A stretch of DNA of 64,000 bases. Origin: Malacoraja senta (taxonomy: Eukaryota). How positions within the stretch are numbered: position 1 is the stretch's first letter; each line of letters starts with the position of its first letter. The stretch covers positions 20,958,001 to 21,022,000 of the forward strand of contig CM075988.1 in assembly GCA_038087875.1 (NCBI GenBank), written 5' to 3'. The translations under genes were made by a program, and so were the position numbers. The notes beneath the pieces were generated by a model, which saw only the letters and a list, made by a program, of their open reading frames with translations, ran no database searches and was not told where the DNA came from. Shown here one piece after another: positions 26,795 through 38,453 of this stretch.

Positions 26795-26881
26795 CTGGGG
26801 GGGCAGAGGAAAGTGTCCCAACTTCTCCACATTGTAGTGAGCACCAGCGAAACTGAAGCCAGTGTGAACAGTGTATCCAAG

Positions 26882-26998
26882 ATGCAGAGTAACATCCGCA
26901 TTGCTTCAGATATCCCTTCCTACAAATGTTGGTCCATTTCCAATATGTTCTGCTGTTGCTTGCCGTTTGGTGTGTTGGCTACAATTTATTCCTTCCAG
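26882..26998 (+). CDS. CD225/dispanin (IFITM-like) gene, coding exon 1
   Basis: ATG at 26882 gives MQSNIRIASDIPSYKCWSISNMFCCCLPFGVLATIYSFQ, ending CAG|GT (donor 26999). The P-x-Y-x-x-WS...CCCLPFG...IYS string is the CD225 first hydrophobic segment with its Cys cluster. Confidence 0.9.
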
Positions 26999-29490
26999 GT
27001 TGGTGTTTTGATCTTTTGATTTATTTTATGAAATGGATAACATCAGCAGTTCACTTAAATGTAAATAAAACGATGAGCGATGATATGTGAATTTTACCTT
27101 CAACTTTCTCTCTGCTTTCATTGGAGTTACGGTCCAAATGCCCCAAGACTGAGGAAGGGTCTCAACCCAAAACGTGGTCTGTCCATTTCCTTCTACAGAT
27201 GCTGCCTGACCCGCTGGTTTCCTCCAGCGCTTTGTCCTTTGCTCAAGATTCCAACATTTGATATCGCTCGTATCCCACGTATAACCAAACGCAATAATCT
27301 CAGTCTGAGGAAGCGTCCCGACCCAAAACGTTACCTATTCTTTCTCTCCAGAGATGCTGCCTGACCCGCTGAGTAGTTCTGCCATTTTGTGCCTCTCTTC
27401 ATAATAAATGTAAGATTTGTTTTAACGAGTAGATAGCATGCAGTGCATTGCTCACAATTTCAGATGTATTTTATAAGATGCAATAGCTGCCTCAATGTGC
27501 TGCATTTGTCCAATGTCACTTCTTGTCCCATACAGTCAAGTCTGTTTTACAACTTCTACCAATGGTACAGATATCCACGTCATTGAAAACTCAGAGAAAC
27601 AATGTGCTATGTAGGTCTGAAGAAAACACCAGTTTAAATATGATAAAAGGTTTCCAATCTGAAACGCTAACTCTGCTTCTCTGTCCACAGAGACTGCTTG
27701 ACCTGATTGGCTGCTTTAATTTCAGATTCTACATTTAATAGAATAAATACATATCGTATATATTAAATGCCGCATTCTGTGTAAACAGCTGCACCTCTTG
27801 TTGATATTATATGTATGTTAATATATGTACAAATTAATAAATATACTTGCCATTTATACTAAAATAACACTGATACGTAGTCTCATAGAATATGTAGGAA
27901 GGAACTGCAGATGCTGGTTTAAACCAAAGACAGACACAAAAAGCTGCAGTAACTGGGCGGGACAGGCAACATCTCTGGAGAAAAGGAATAGGTGGCGTTT
28001 CGGGGTGAGGCACTCTTTCAGGCCCAGTCCGAAGTAGAGTCTCGACCTGAAACGTCACTTATTGCTTCTCTCCAGAGATGCTGCCTGGCCCACTGAGTTA
28101 CTCCAACTTTTTGTGTCTGTCTCATAGAATATGGTATTAATTCCTTACCTCCTGGAGTGAAACCAGGGTCACCCAAGGTTGCAGATCAGTAACTCTGATG
28201 CTCCAAGATCCACCTATTTTCTGAAGGCAGAAGCAAGCAAGAGAACCATTGGTGACTGAAGTCCATTCTAAAGAGAGACTCTGATGATGGGTTTCTAAGA
28301 GGTGTTAAAATCAGTGTAATTTCCACACAGCGTTTATATTTTTGATGAAGATCAGTACAGGGCTTTGAACAAAAAAATACATTTCTGATTTCACTGACTC
28401 TTGAAGGTCCCAAGGAGCAATCTAATGTGGCATGCAGGAGTCGAGAGTGTTTAATTGTCATATGTGCTGACAATGGAATCATGGAATTCTTACTGTTTAA
28501 GAAGGAACTGCAGATGCTGGAAAAATCAAAGGTAGACAAAAATGCTGGAGAAACTTGGTCTCGACCCAAAACGTCACCTAGTCCTTCGCTCCATAGATGC
28601 TGCCTCACCCGCTGAGTTTCTCCAGCATTTTTGTCGACCATGGAATTCTTACTTGTAGCAGCTTAACAGTGACGTAAATGCAACACATGCGGATAATTAT
28701 AATAACCCAAATTACTCAATAAATGACTGATAACTGTAATACTTTTGCAAAAATGAAGTTTGCCGTGCGTACCTAAGACATAGTCCATAGAAGTTCATAG
28801 TTCTGTGTGTGTTTGCAGGTACTATCACAATGTTTAAAACACATTTGTACAGGCTCATAGATCGAGTGGCTTAGGCCAAATGCAGGCAGGTGGGACTGGT
28901 GTAGCTGGGACATGTTGGTCGGTGTGGGCAAGTTGGGCCAAAGGGCTTGTTTCCACGCTGTACGACTCCGTGACTCTATGTGTGTCTGTGTGTGTTGGCG
29001 TGTCTGTGTTAGCATGTATGTTGAGTTTGTAAGTTGATGTATGTACGTATGTATGCATGTACGTATGTACTCAATTATGTATCGAAACAGACCATGTTTC
29101 GCTTCCTAAGTGTATCAACAGCTCAATAGGCTGAAGGTTTAGGTGAAATGGAACAATATTCTTTATCAAAGTGCTGTTCTCAGCAACTGAATCATCCTAC
29201 CACAACCAGAAAACAGTGCTGAACTACTATCTACCTCATTGGTGACCCTCGGTCTATCCTTGATCGGTCTTTGCTGGCTTTACCTCGCACTGAACGTTAT
29301 TCCCTTATCGTGTATCTGTGCACTGTAAATACTTCGATTGTAATCATGTTTCTGTCTTTCTGCTGACTGGTTAGCTACGCAACAAAAACTTTTCGCTGTA
29401 CCTCGTTAACAATACACATGACAATAAACTAAACTGAACTGAATGGGGCTGAAGTGAAATAAAAACCTGAACTGCACTTTACTTTTCCAG

Positions 29491-29658
29491 TCTGAGAGAG
29501 CCGCCAAGAGTGGAGACATCATCGAGGCTGCGAAATCGTCCAGAAATGCAAAAATGTTGAACATAGCTGCCTTTATCTTCGGTCTCATTATCTTAACTGT
29601 TTTCATAATAATGATTGTCATCCTGGAAAAGTTGGCCACTATACACGTTTCAAACTGA
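29491..29658 (+). CDS. CD225/dispanin (IFITM-like) gene, coding exon 2
   Basis: Polypyrimidine acceptor ctttacttttccAG (29489-90), phase 0. Reads SERAAKSGDIIEAAKSSRNAKMLNIAAFIFGLIILTVFIIMIVILEKLATIHVSN*, i.e. the GD..A...S..AK.LNI loop plus a C-terminal TM helix typical of CD225. Spliced product is 94 aa. Confidence 0.9.
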   Translation, partial: SERAAKSGDIIEAAKSSRNAKMLNIAAFIFGLIILTVFIIMIVILEKLATIHVSN

Positions 29659-29865
29659 GGGAAAGAAGATGCAACTGTTTTTCACTAAAAATATATGGGG
29701 AAAGATTAACGCTTTTATTACAAAATCAAGTTTAACCAAGATTACCGGCCAACACAAAGAAACAAATAACATGGACTTCATTAATCTATAGCTCTTGCAA
29801 TGAGCTGATAGGGGCAATTTAATGATCTTTATGTACTTCTTTATTTCCACCTTATGAAACAAATT

Positions 29866-29871
29866 AATAAA
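29866..29871 (+). terminator. Candidate polyadenylation signal of the dispanin gene
   Basis: AATAAA about 210 bp after the stop codon; an alternative AATAAA lies at 30796-30801. Confidence 0.45.
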
Positions 29872-30171
29872 AATCAGACTATTGATTAAACCTGTTTTAG
29901 TATATTTTTTACCCTCGCTTTCCCTCTCTCTCCATCCTTCCTCCACCCTCGTTCTCCGACTAGTTTCACAGTCCTCCTGATTAATTGTCTGTTTGCGTGC
30001 TTACAGGTAGATACAAAATACTGGGGCAACTCAACGGGACAGGCAGCATCTCTGGAGAGAAGGAATGGGTGACGTTTCGGGTCGAGACACTTCTTCAGAC
30101 TGATGTTAGGGGAGTGGGCGGGACAGATCCCTTTGATCTGTCCTTTTCACACCTTACATGCTCTTGGTACC

Positions 30172-30630
30172 CTTCCTGGCTCCCTGTGCGGTTCCGTATA
30201 CATTTCAAGATCCTCCTCGATGTCTATAAAGCCCTCAATGGGCTTGCCCCCACCTACATAAAAAGTCTTCTCACCCACCACTCCACCTCCAGGTCCCTCA
30301 GATCGGCCGACTTGGGGTTGCTGAATATCCCGCGGTCTAGGCATAAGCTCAGGGGCGACCGCGCCTTTGCGGTTGCAGCTCCTAGATTGTGGAACAGCAT
30401 CCCCCTTCCCATCAGAACTGCCCCCTCCATCGACTCCTTTAAGTCAAGACTAAAAACGTATCTATACTCCCAAGCCTTTCTTGACGTCCTCTGAGCGAGG
30501 GCTATATGGATATATGTATGCAGTTTGTTTGTTTACACTATTCTTATAACAAATGTAAAGCACTTTGGCCAACGAGAGTTGTTTTTTAAATGTGCTATAT
30601 AAATAAATGTGACTTGACTTGACTTGACTT
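30172..30630 (+). mobile_element. L2-clade LINE 3' end
   Basis: WLPVRFRIHFKILL.VYKALNGLAPTYI...GDRAFAVAAPRLWNSIP...FKSRLKTYLY; tail tgtgctatataaataaa..(gactt)n. Confidence 0.85.
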
Positions 30631-31455
30631 CCATATCTTTAGTTTCCCTCTCCCCTGACTCTCAGTCTGAAGAAGGGTCTCGACCCAAAACTTCACCCTT
30701 TCCATCTCTCCAGAGATGCTGCCTGCCCCGCTGAGTTACTCCAACATTTTGTGTCAATCTTTAGTATACTATGTTGTTCTCTGTTCCAATCTTGAAATAA
30801 AGCATTTTCAAATTATGAATTGAATATCTGGTGTTTCTTTAGCCAATGCACAAGATTATGAGGGGAATAGATAGGGTAAATGCAGTCTTTTGCCCAGAGT
30901 AGGGGAATCAAGAACCAGAGGACATAGATTTAAGGTGAGAGGGGAAAGATTTCATAGGAAACAGAGGAACAACTTTTTCCACACAAATGGTGGTGGGTGT
31001 ATGGAACGGGCTGTCAGAGGAAGTAGTTGAGATGGGTACTATCACAACATTTAAAAGACATTTGGACATAGGAAAGATTTAGAAGGATATGGGCCAAACA
31101 CAGTGTAGAAGGGGCACCTTGGTCGGCATGGGCGAGTTGGGCCGAAGGGCCTGTTTCCATGCTGACTATCTCTGTGACACCAAAGGTCTAGAATATTAAA
31201 AGACAGTACATTTTGTTTATAACGGTACATTCCAGTGGGGCATATAAGGCATTACTGAACAGTGAAACACTCGATTTTCAGAATTTTAGAATCTTTATTC
31301 CAGAAAGATTATGAAAGTTGAAAAATTAATATGTATTGATTAAATTAGGTGGTCAGGCCTTTAAACAGCATAAGCCGCTTATAGGGGTATGATCTTCCAT
31401 AGACACCAACAGCAAGGAACAATGTACCTGCACCTTATGTTTACACACTGCACTG

Positions 31456-31593
31456 GGGTGGGAGATTGCAACCTTCACCTGGTCCACCCTGTTCCGACTA
31501 ATGCAATCAACTCGACGTGCACAAACGGAAGATCAAATAGAACAAGTTGTCCTACAACTTTAGGCTGTGCACGCCACACGAAAGAAGAAGAAG
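31456..31593 (+). mobile_element. Short non-LTR retroposon 3' end with (GAA)n tail and 13-bp TSD
   Basis: TSD ACACACTGCACTG (31443-31455) / ACACATTGCACTG (31594-31606); ends gaaagaagaagaag. Confidence 0.6.
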
Positions 31594-32584
31594 ACACATT
31601 GCACTGTTCAAAAGATTTCAGAAAATGTCATTTAGCCATTGTACAGTAAAGTATATTGAGTTGGAATGATGAGGTACCTATTGGGGATGGGAAGAATCTA
31701 GGAATCTGAATGGAGATTAAAATGCATTGTTCATAGTGAGTAGAGGGATATAATAATAGTAGAAAGTCTGATGCCGAATAATCATCCTTGATTAACAGTG
31801 TTGAATAATGGCATCAACATATTCTACACTCCCTCCAAAACTCACAAGTTCACAAGTTATAGGAGTAGAATTAGGCCATTCGGCCCATCTAGTCCACCCG
31901 CCAATCAATCATGGCTCATTCTGCCTCCTAATCCCATTGTCCTGCCTTCTCCCCATGACCCTTGACACTCGTTCTATTCGCGTTCATTAAACACGTAGGT
32001 TTAAGCAACATGAAGTGTTTTTGTATAATAGGTGACTGGTGGAGGAGGTTTATACGACAGTGGCATTTAAGAGGATTTTAAATAGACAGGTGGATATGCA
32101 GGGAATGGAAGGATATGGATCACGTGCAGGTTGAGGAGATTAGTTTCAGTTTAGTTCAGTTCATTGTCACGTGTACTGAGGTACAGTGAAAAGCTTTTGT
32201 TGCGTGCTATCCAGTCAGCAGAAAGACAATACATGGTTACAATTGAGACACACAGTGTATTTACAGTATATTGCAGCACTTTTACAGAACAGTACAAAGG
32301 ACTAACGTTTAGTGCAAGGTAAAGATATCAAGGAAATTCCGAGGGTCACCAATGATGTAGATAGTAGTTCAGCACTGCTCTCTGGTTGTGGTAGGATGAT
32401 TCAGTTGCCTGATAACAGCCGGGAAGAAACTGTCCCTGAATCTGGGGGCGTGCGTTTTCACACTTCTATACCTTTTGCTTGATGGGAGAGGGGAGAAGAG
32501 AGAGTGCAACTACCCTGTCTAACCTGGCATCATGGTCGACACGGACACTGTTTACTGTGCAGCCTGTGTTCTGTCTTCTAATAG

Positions 32585-32725
32585 AAGCAAGCTTTGTGTG
32601 CATGGACCTCACTGATTGGGCTGGAAAATATGCTGAGACCGGTAACATTGAACTAGGTTGCGGTTAGTGTGGCCTTTTGTTTCATGAGAATATTTGGAAC
32701 CACATACATTGCAGAAAAATTGACT
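32585..32725 (+). pseudogene. Possible degenerate exon-2 remnant of a second dispanin/IFITM paralog
   Basis: After ttctaatAG it reads ...DLTDWAGKYAET, then after a frameshift TLN*VAVSVAFCFMRIFGTTYI. This resembles the IFITM exon-2 pattern GDL..A..YA.TAK.LN..A plus a hydrophobic tail. Contains a frameshift and a stop. Confidence 0.3.
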
Positions 32726-32762
32726 CATATCATGGCTATGATAACAGCTTTAATAAGGCGTA

Positions 32763-33048
32763 GGACATTTAGGACTGAGATGAGGAAAAACTTTTTCACC
32801 CAGGGAGCTGTGAATCTCTGGAATTTTCTGCCACAGAAGGCAGTGGAGGCCAATTCACTGGATGTTTTCAAGAGAGAGTTAGATATAGGTCTTAGGCTAA
32901 CGGAATCAAGGGATATGGGGAGAAAGCAGGAATGGGGTACTGATTTTGGATGATCAGCCGTGATCATATTGAATGCCAGTGCTGGCTCGAAGGGCCGAAT
33001 GGCCTACTCCTGCACCTATTTTTCTACGTTTCTATGTTTTCTATGTTT
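32763..33048 (+). mobile_element. CR1 LINE 3' fragment
   Basis: FRTEMRKNFFTQ.AVNLWN.LPQKAVEA plus 3' UTR and ttctatg tail. Further CR1 fragments at ~1370-1650, 2960-3230, 8085-8260, 30855-31165, 53240-53610 and 61430-61750. Confidence 0.85.
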
Positions 33049-33344
33049 CAAATGTATTCACTTAGAATGTAGATAGTTCCGCTGCTCATAAAAACAGGAC
33101 GTCTAATTTAGTTTCTTCCTGCACAAACAGAAGCATGTTACCACACAACTCAGTTGGCCAGAGACAGGCACAAACTACTGGAGTAACTCAATGTGTCAGA
33201 CAGCATCTCTGGTGAAAAGGAAGAGGTCGAGACCCTTCTTCAGACTAAGAGTCAGGGGAAACGGAAATGAGAGATACAGACGGTGATATAGAGAGATATA
33301 GAACAAATGAATGAAAGATATGCAGAAAAGTAACGATGGTATGG

Positions 33345-33880
33345 GAAGTAGATAAAAATGCTGGAGAAACTCAGCCGGTGAGGCAGCATCCATGGAGCGA
33401 AGGAAAAAGGCAATGTTTCGGGTCAAGACCCTTCTTCAGACGGATATGGGGGTGGGGGGGGACGGGAAGAAAAAAGGAAGAGGCAGGGACAGTAGGCTGT
33501 GGGAGAGCTGGGAAGGGGAGGGGAAAGAGGGAGAAAGCAGGGACTACCTGAAATTGGAGGTCAATGTTCATACCGCTGGGGTGTAAACTACCCAAGCGAA
33601 ATGTGAGGTGCTGCTCCTCCAATTTACGGCGGGCCTCACTCTGGCCATGGAGGAGGCCCAGGACAGAAAGGTCGGATTCGGAATGGGTGGGGGAGTTGAA
33701 GTGCTGAGCCACCAGGAGATCGGGTTGGTTATTGCGAACCGAGCGGAGGTGTTGGGCGAAGCGATCGCCAAGCCTGCGCTTGGTTTTGACAAAAATGCTG
33801 GAGAAAGTCAACGGGTGAGGCAGCATCTATGGAGCGAAGGAAAAAGGCAAAGTTTTGGGTCGAGACCCTTCAGACTGACG
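33345..33880 (-). mobile_element. Penelope-like element fragment with GIY-YIG endonuclease C-terminal part and flanking pLTR pieces
   Basis: TKRRLGDRFAQHLRSVR...VAQHFNS..HS..DLSVLGL.....EARRKLEEQHL.FRLGSLHPSGMN; adjacent to the ctgaagaagggtc repeat. Other endonuclease-end fragments at ~1660-1970, 7235-7395 and 61790-62170. Confidence 0.85.
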
Positions 33881-35126
33881 TGGGGGGCAGGAAGAAGCTG
33901 GTATGGGAAATGGCCCATTGTCAGCTGTGGGCCAGGTGAAAATGAGTTTCACCAGGTTTGATTCTGGCATCAGGTGCTGTCAGTGTGGAGTTTGCACGTT
34001 CTACCTCTGGCCTTCTGGGCTGCTGTTGGGTATTCCAGTTCTATGCTGGTGGTTTGAATGGCTACTGTAGATCTACCATGGAAGCAAGGGGGTGAAAAAA
34101 CAGGAATCAAAGGAGAGACGATAGACTTGTGAGAGGGAATAGGAAATATTGGAAAATATGGATGGGGAGAACAGGGCCGATGCGATTGCTATTTGAAGTA
34201 TAAAGCTGATATCATAGCCATGATATGAGCCCCTTCTGGAAAATATCTGGCCCTTAATATTTTTATAGCTTAGAGATACAATGCAGAAACAGGCCCTTCG
34301 GCTCACTGAGTCCACACCAACCAGCAATCCCCGCACATTAACACTATCCTACACACACTAGGGACAATTTACATTTACACCAAGCCAATTAACCTACAAA
34401 CCCGTACGACTTTGGAGTGTGGGAGGAAACCGGAGCACCCGGAGAAAACCCACGCAGGGAGAACGTGCAAACTCCGCACGGACAGCGCCCGTAGTCAGGC
34501 TCGAACCTGGGTCTCTGGCGCTGGAAGGCAGCAACTCTACCGCCGCGCCACTGTGCCGCCCTACGTGAAAAAAACCCACATCTTCACACCAGCAGTAATT
34601 TGATAGGCTGAATGGACTCCTTCAGTACCATAATGAGGACAAATTAGCCAACATGGAGATTACAAGGTTAAGTGTGAGCAAGTGGAAAGACTACCCAAGT
34701 GTATCGATGAGAGTAGTGTGGTTGGCATGGGGCATGGGCTTCAGGAAGACCTTGTGGAAACTCCGCCAAAACGTAAGAGCCCGATGTATCCAGCGCTAGC
34801 TGGCAAATTGGATCTAAAATAGGAATGCTGATAGGAAGCGGAGGGTGAAAGTTGCTTTATATGGTTGGGAGTCCATGATCAGAGGCATCCAGCAGAGGTC
34901 CTTGTTGAGACATGGCCATTTCTTACATACACTAACAATCTGGCTGGGAATTTAAAATGTCTGATGAATAGGATTGCAGAAGGAACAACAATTGGTGGAG
35001 TGGATAATATGAAGGATAATCTTCAGCTACTTTGGGAGGATTAATAAAGACATCAGAGGGAACTTGATGTATGTTTTCAAGGATCCCGGAAGAGAGAAGG
35101 ACAGCTAAAGTGGTTACAAAGACAAG

Positions 35127-35438
35127 GGTGGCACAGTGGTGTGGAGTTGCTGCCTTACAGAGCCAGAGATCCGGGTTCAATCCTGACTACGGGTGCTGTC
35201 TGTACCGAGTTTGTACGTTCTCCACGTGACTGTGTGGGTTTTCCCTGGGTGCTCCAGCTTCCTCCCACATTCCAAAGATGTACAGCTTTGCAGGTTAATT
35301 GGCTCCAGTAAAGATTATAAATTGTCCCTGGTGTGTAGGATAGTGCTAGTGTATGGGGATCGCTGGTCGGCGTGGACTCGGTGGGCCGAAGGGCCTGTTT
35401 CCATGCTGTATCTCTAAACTAAACCAAACTGAACTAAA
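35127..35438 (+). mobile_element. HE1/V-SINE-type SINE
   Basis: Same structure. Other copies at ~7500-7805(-), 7810-8075(+), 9420-9670, 10010-10280, 16645-16895, 19990-20120(-), 25460-25745(-), 26255-26540, 34270-34560(-), 41758-41890, 43840-44390(-), 47745-48055, 53690-54010, 54375-54780, 61195-61420 and 63105-63390. Confidence 0.85.
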
Positions 35439-35982
35439 CATTCTTGCCTTCTTTAGCCACGACACTGAATATAAGAGTCGGAAGGATCTTATGGTCAAGA
35501 ATTGGCCCTTTGGCCCACCATGTCTGTGTCTTACCTATCTAACTAATTCCATCCACACATGGTCTGTATCCCCCTATTCCATGCTCATTCAAGTGTCTAT
35601 CTAAAATGCCTTTCTTCACAGCTCATACACTCCAAAACCGACAATACGCTGGTGAACCTCTTTTTGCATCCTCCACGTGAGGTGACGATGATGTCAATAT
35701 GAGTTTGGCCACACTAGGAGAGCCATCTGCAGTATTGGTCGCCACATTGCAGAGTGGACATGGCTTCATTCGAGAGGAGATTCACTAAGAAAGTTGGGTT
35801 GGAGAGTTTTACTTCCAATGAGACACTGGATAGGGTTGGTGGAAAAGACTGAGAGGGTACAAATTGAGGTCTACAAAATGATGAGGGGTGTCGATAGGGC
35901 ATAGATAGGGCACAAAAGGCTTATGTTTAAGGTAAGGTGTAAGAGAGTTTGAGAGGACTCGAGAAATAATTCTTGGTGAGAG

Positions 35983-36430
35983 AATGGAGCAGCTGGGCTT
36001 GTACACTCTGGAGTTTAGAAGGATGAGAGGCAATCTCATTGAAACGTATAAGATTGTTAAGGGTTTGGACATGCTAGAGGCAGGAAACATGTTCCCGATG
36101 TTGGGGGAGTCCAGAACCAGGGGCCACAGTTTAAGAATAAGGAGTAAGCCATTTAGAACGGAGACGAGGAAACACTTTATCTCACAGAGAGTGGTGAGTC
36201 TGTGGCATTCTCTGCCTCAGAGGGCGGTGGAGGCGGGTTCTCTGGATGCTTTCAAGAGAGATCTAGATAGGGCTCTTAAAAATAGTGGAGTCAGGGGATA
36301 TGGGGAGAAGGCAGGATCGGGGTACTGATTGGGGATGATCAGCCATGATCACATTGAATGGCAGTGCTGGCTCGGAAGGGCTGAATGGCCTACTCCTGCA
36401 CCTATTGTCTATTGTCTATTGTCTATTGTG
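35983..36430 (+). mobile_element. CR1 LINE 3' fragment (same subfamily as 11557-12068)
   Basis: LGLYTLEFRRMRG...LEAGNMFPMLGESRTRGHSLRIRSKPF...; (ATTGTCT)n tail. Confidence 0.9.
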
Positions 36431-37094
36431 TATTGTAAATAATTCTTTCACATGGAGAATTTAGTTGAAACCGGAAACTCACTGTGCACTTGTAGCCACA
36501 GAGCCCAGCAGAGGCTTCCAGATAACTGGGGCAGAGGCTTCCAGATAACTGGGGCAGGATGCCATTCAAGTCGTTAGTTTGTACAACGCTGTCAACCGCA
36601 AAAAACAATATAGAACTAAATGTTCTTAGTTAGATTTTATCTTGGTTCATTTATTTCCAATACAGTGCATTCACTTAAATTCTATTTTTCGTCAAATTAT
36701 TCATTGTTTTATTCTATCTGAACAACATTTAAATGATTGGAGATAGGCACAAAAAGCTGGAGTAACTCAGCGGGACAGGCAGCATCTCTGAAGAGAAGGA
36801 ATTCATTCTCTTCAGAGTTGCTGCCTGTCCTGCTGAGTTACTCCAGCATTTTGTGCCTATCTTCGGTATAATAGTAAGATTAAACGAGAACTTACCAGTT
36901 TGAAGTTTGATCTGTATTTTATGAGGAGTTACGATGAGGGATTACGTGAAGACCCCGTTCAGCACGCATGCACGACATTCTTCAAAGCAGCGGTGTGGAA
37001 TCACAGGAAACACAATAATTGAAATAAACATAGTAAAGAAAAGGAGAACTAAGATACCTGTTGATCTATATATTTGAGGGTGGGAGCGGAGGGC

Positions 37095-37203
37095 ACGTAA
37101 TCCCTCATCGTAACTCCTCATAAAATACAGATCAAACTTCAAACTGGTAAGTTCTCGTTTAATCTTACTATTTTACTTCGGAGTCACGTGAGTGACTTCG
37201 TGA
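37095..37203. repeat. DIRS internal complementary region (ICR)
   Basis: 37095-37172 is the reverse complement of 36870-36947; 37171-37203 is the reverse complement of ~41660-41692. Confidence 0.9.
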
Positions 37204-37379
37204 AGACTTCAAAGCTCTGTGATTTCAAACCGTGTAACAGTTCATACTTCACTCGCTGCCGAAGTCATTCAAGGGAGGAAGTATGTTATCGTAATCAACC
37301 ATAATCTGTTTGTAAACAATAATGGTATCTATTAAACAATAACAAAAGACAAAATGCTCCCCCGGGCTTAAATTATATA

Positions 37380-37634
37380 ATTTTGCAGATTTTAAAACTC
37401 TTTCTGCAAATAACACAGGTTCTGCTAGCGGCTTGTGGTAGAACGTTTGGAACGTTTTCTCCATGTTCATTCTTTTAGCCGCCGATGTGGATGCTGCCCT
37501 GGTGGAGTGAGATGTATATACATCAGTATCTACTCCAGCAGCTCCCAGTGCCTGCTTGAGCCATCTCGAGATGGTTTGGCTCGACACCCAACCATGAGGT
37601 TTCTTGTGGCTGACCCATAAGGCTTTTTTATTTA

Positions 37635-37681
<47 letters not shown>

Positions 37682-38370
37682 TCCTTCTCCCTCGAGAATC
37701 TCTTGTTGTGTTGATGTAAGTGAATAAGTGAGTCATGACACACAACCGTAGGTCAGGTGGGTATGCCCGGAAATCCATAACTAGGACTCAAGTTCCTGGC
37801 TTGCTCTGCTTTAGCAGCTCCTGAATGGTGAATGAGACCCGGTCTGGTGTTATAACCATGTTGTCCAGTCGCAGTAAGTGGAGGGACTGGACTCTATGTG
37901 CTGAGACTAGTGGCATCAGCATGACCGTTTTGCATGGTTAGCTTTTCCAGGGTGAGAGACCTGGCTGGGGACCATCCCCTTAGGTATGTCAGGACCACAC
38001 TGACATCCCAGATTTGTGTATACCTAGGTCTAAGAGGGTTGGAGTTGACGATACTCCTCATGAGTTTGATCACCAGCGGGTGAGACCCTATGGCCTGTTG
38101 TCCTGGCACCTGTTTTAAGTAGGCTGACAGCGCACGTCTGGCAGTATTGATGGCGCTGTAGCTCAATCCTTCATTATGGTGAAGGCCCCCCAGGAACTCC
38201 AGTACATTGGTTATGGTTGCAGATGAGTACGTTGTCCCAGTAGTCGAGCAGTATCTTTCCCACTTCCTGATGCTCGATAGGTATTGTTTCCTGGTGGACA
38301 TACGGTGTCATCATGTTGATGGTCCTGTCAGACAATCCCAGTCCCAGCAGTGGTCTTTTGATAATCTGCA
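37380..38370 (-). pseudogene. DIRS tyrosine recombinase (disrupted)
   Basis: STRKQY..W..YC, GLSYSAINTARRALS, PRYTQIWDVSVVL, catalytic HSTR and FQTFYHKP; interrupted by frameshifts and an AT-rich microsatellite (~37623-37682). Confidence 0.88.
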
Positions 38371-38453
38371 ACCCAGTAGGTTAATTTTGGCATGGCATGG
38401 ATGACTTATGCCTGATACAGGGTGCGTCAATAGGTCTGGGCTACTGGGAAAAG

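Noticed and set aside
26813..27019. 68-aa ORF as a complete gene
   Set aside because: Starts at a GTG and runs into the intron; the supported CDS starts at ATG 26882 and splices at 26998.
29406..29639. Minus-strand 77-aa ORF
   Set aside because: Antisense shadow of dispanin exon 2.
36508..36556. 23-bp tandem duplication GCAGAGGCTTCCAGATAACTGGG
   Set aside because: Simple slippage duplication with no sign of function.
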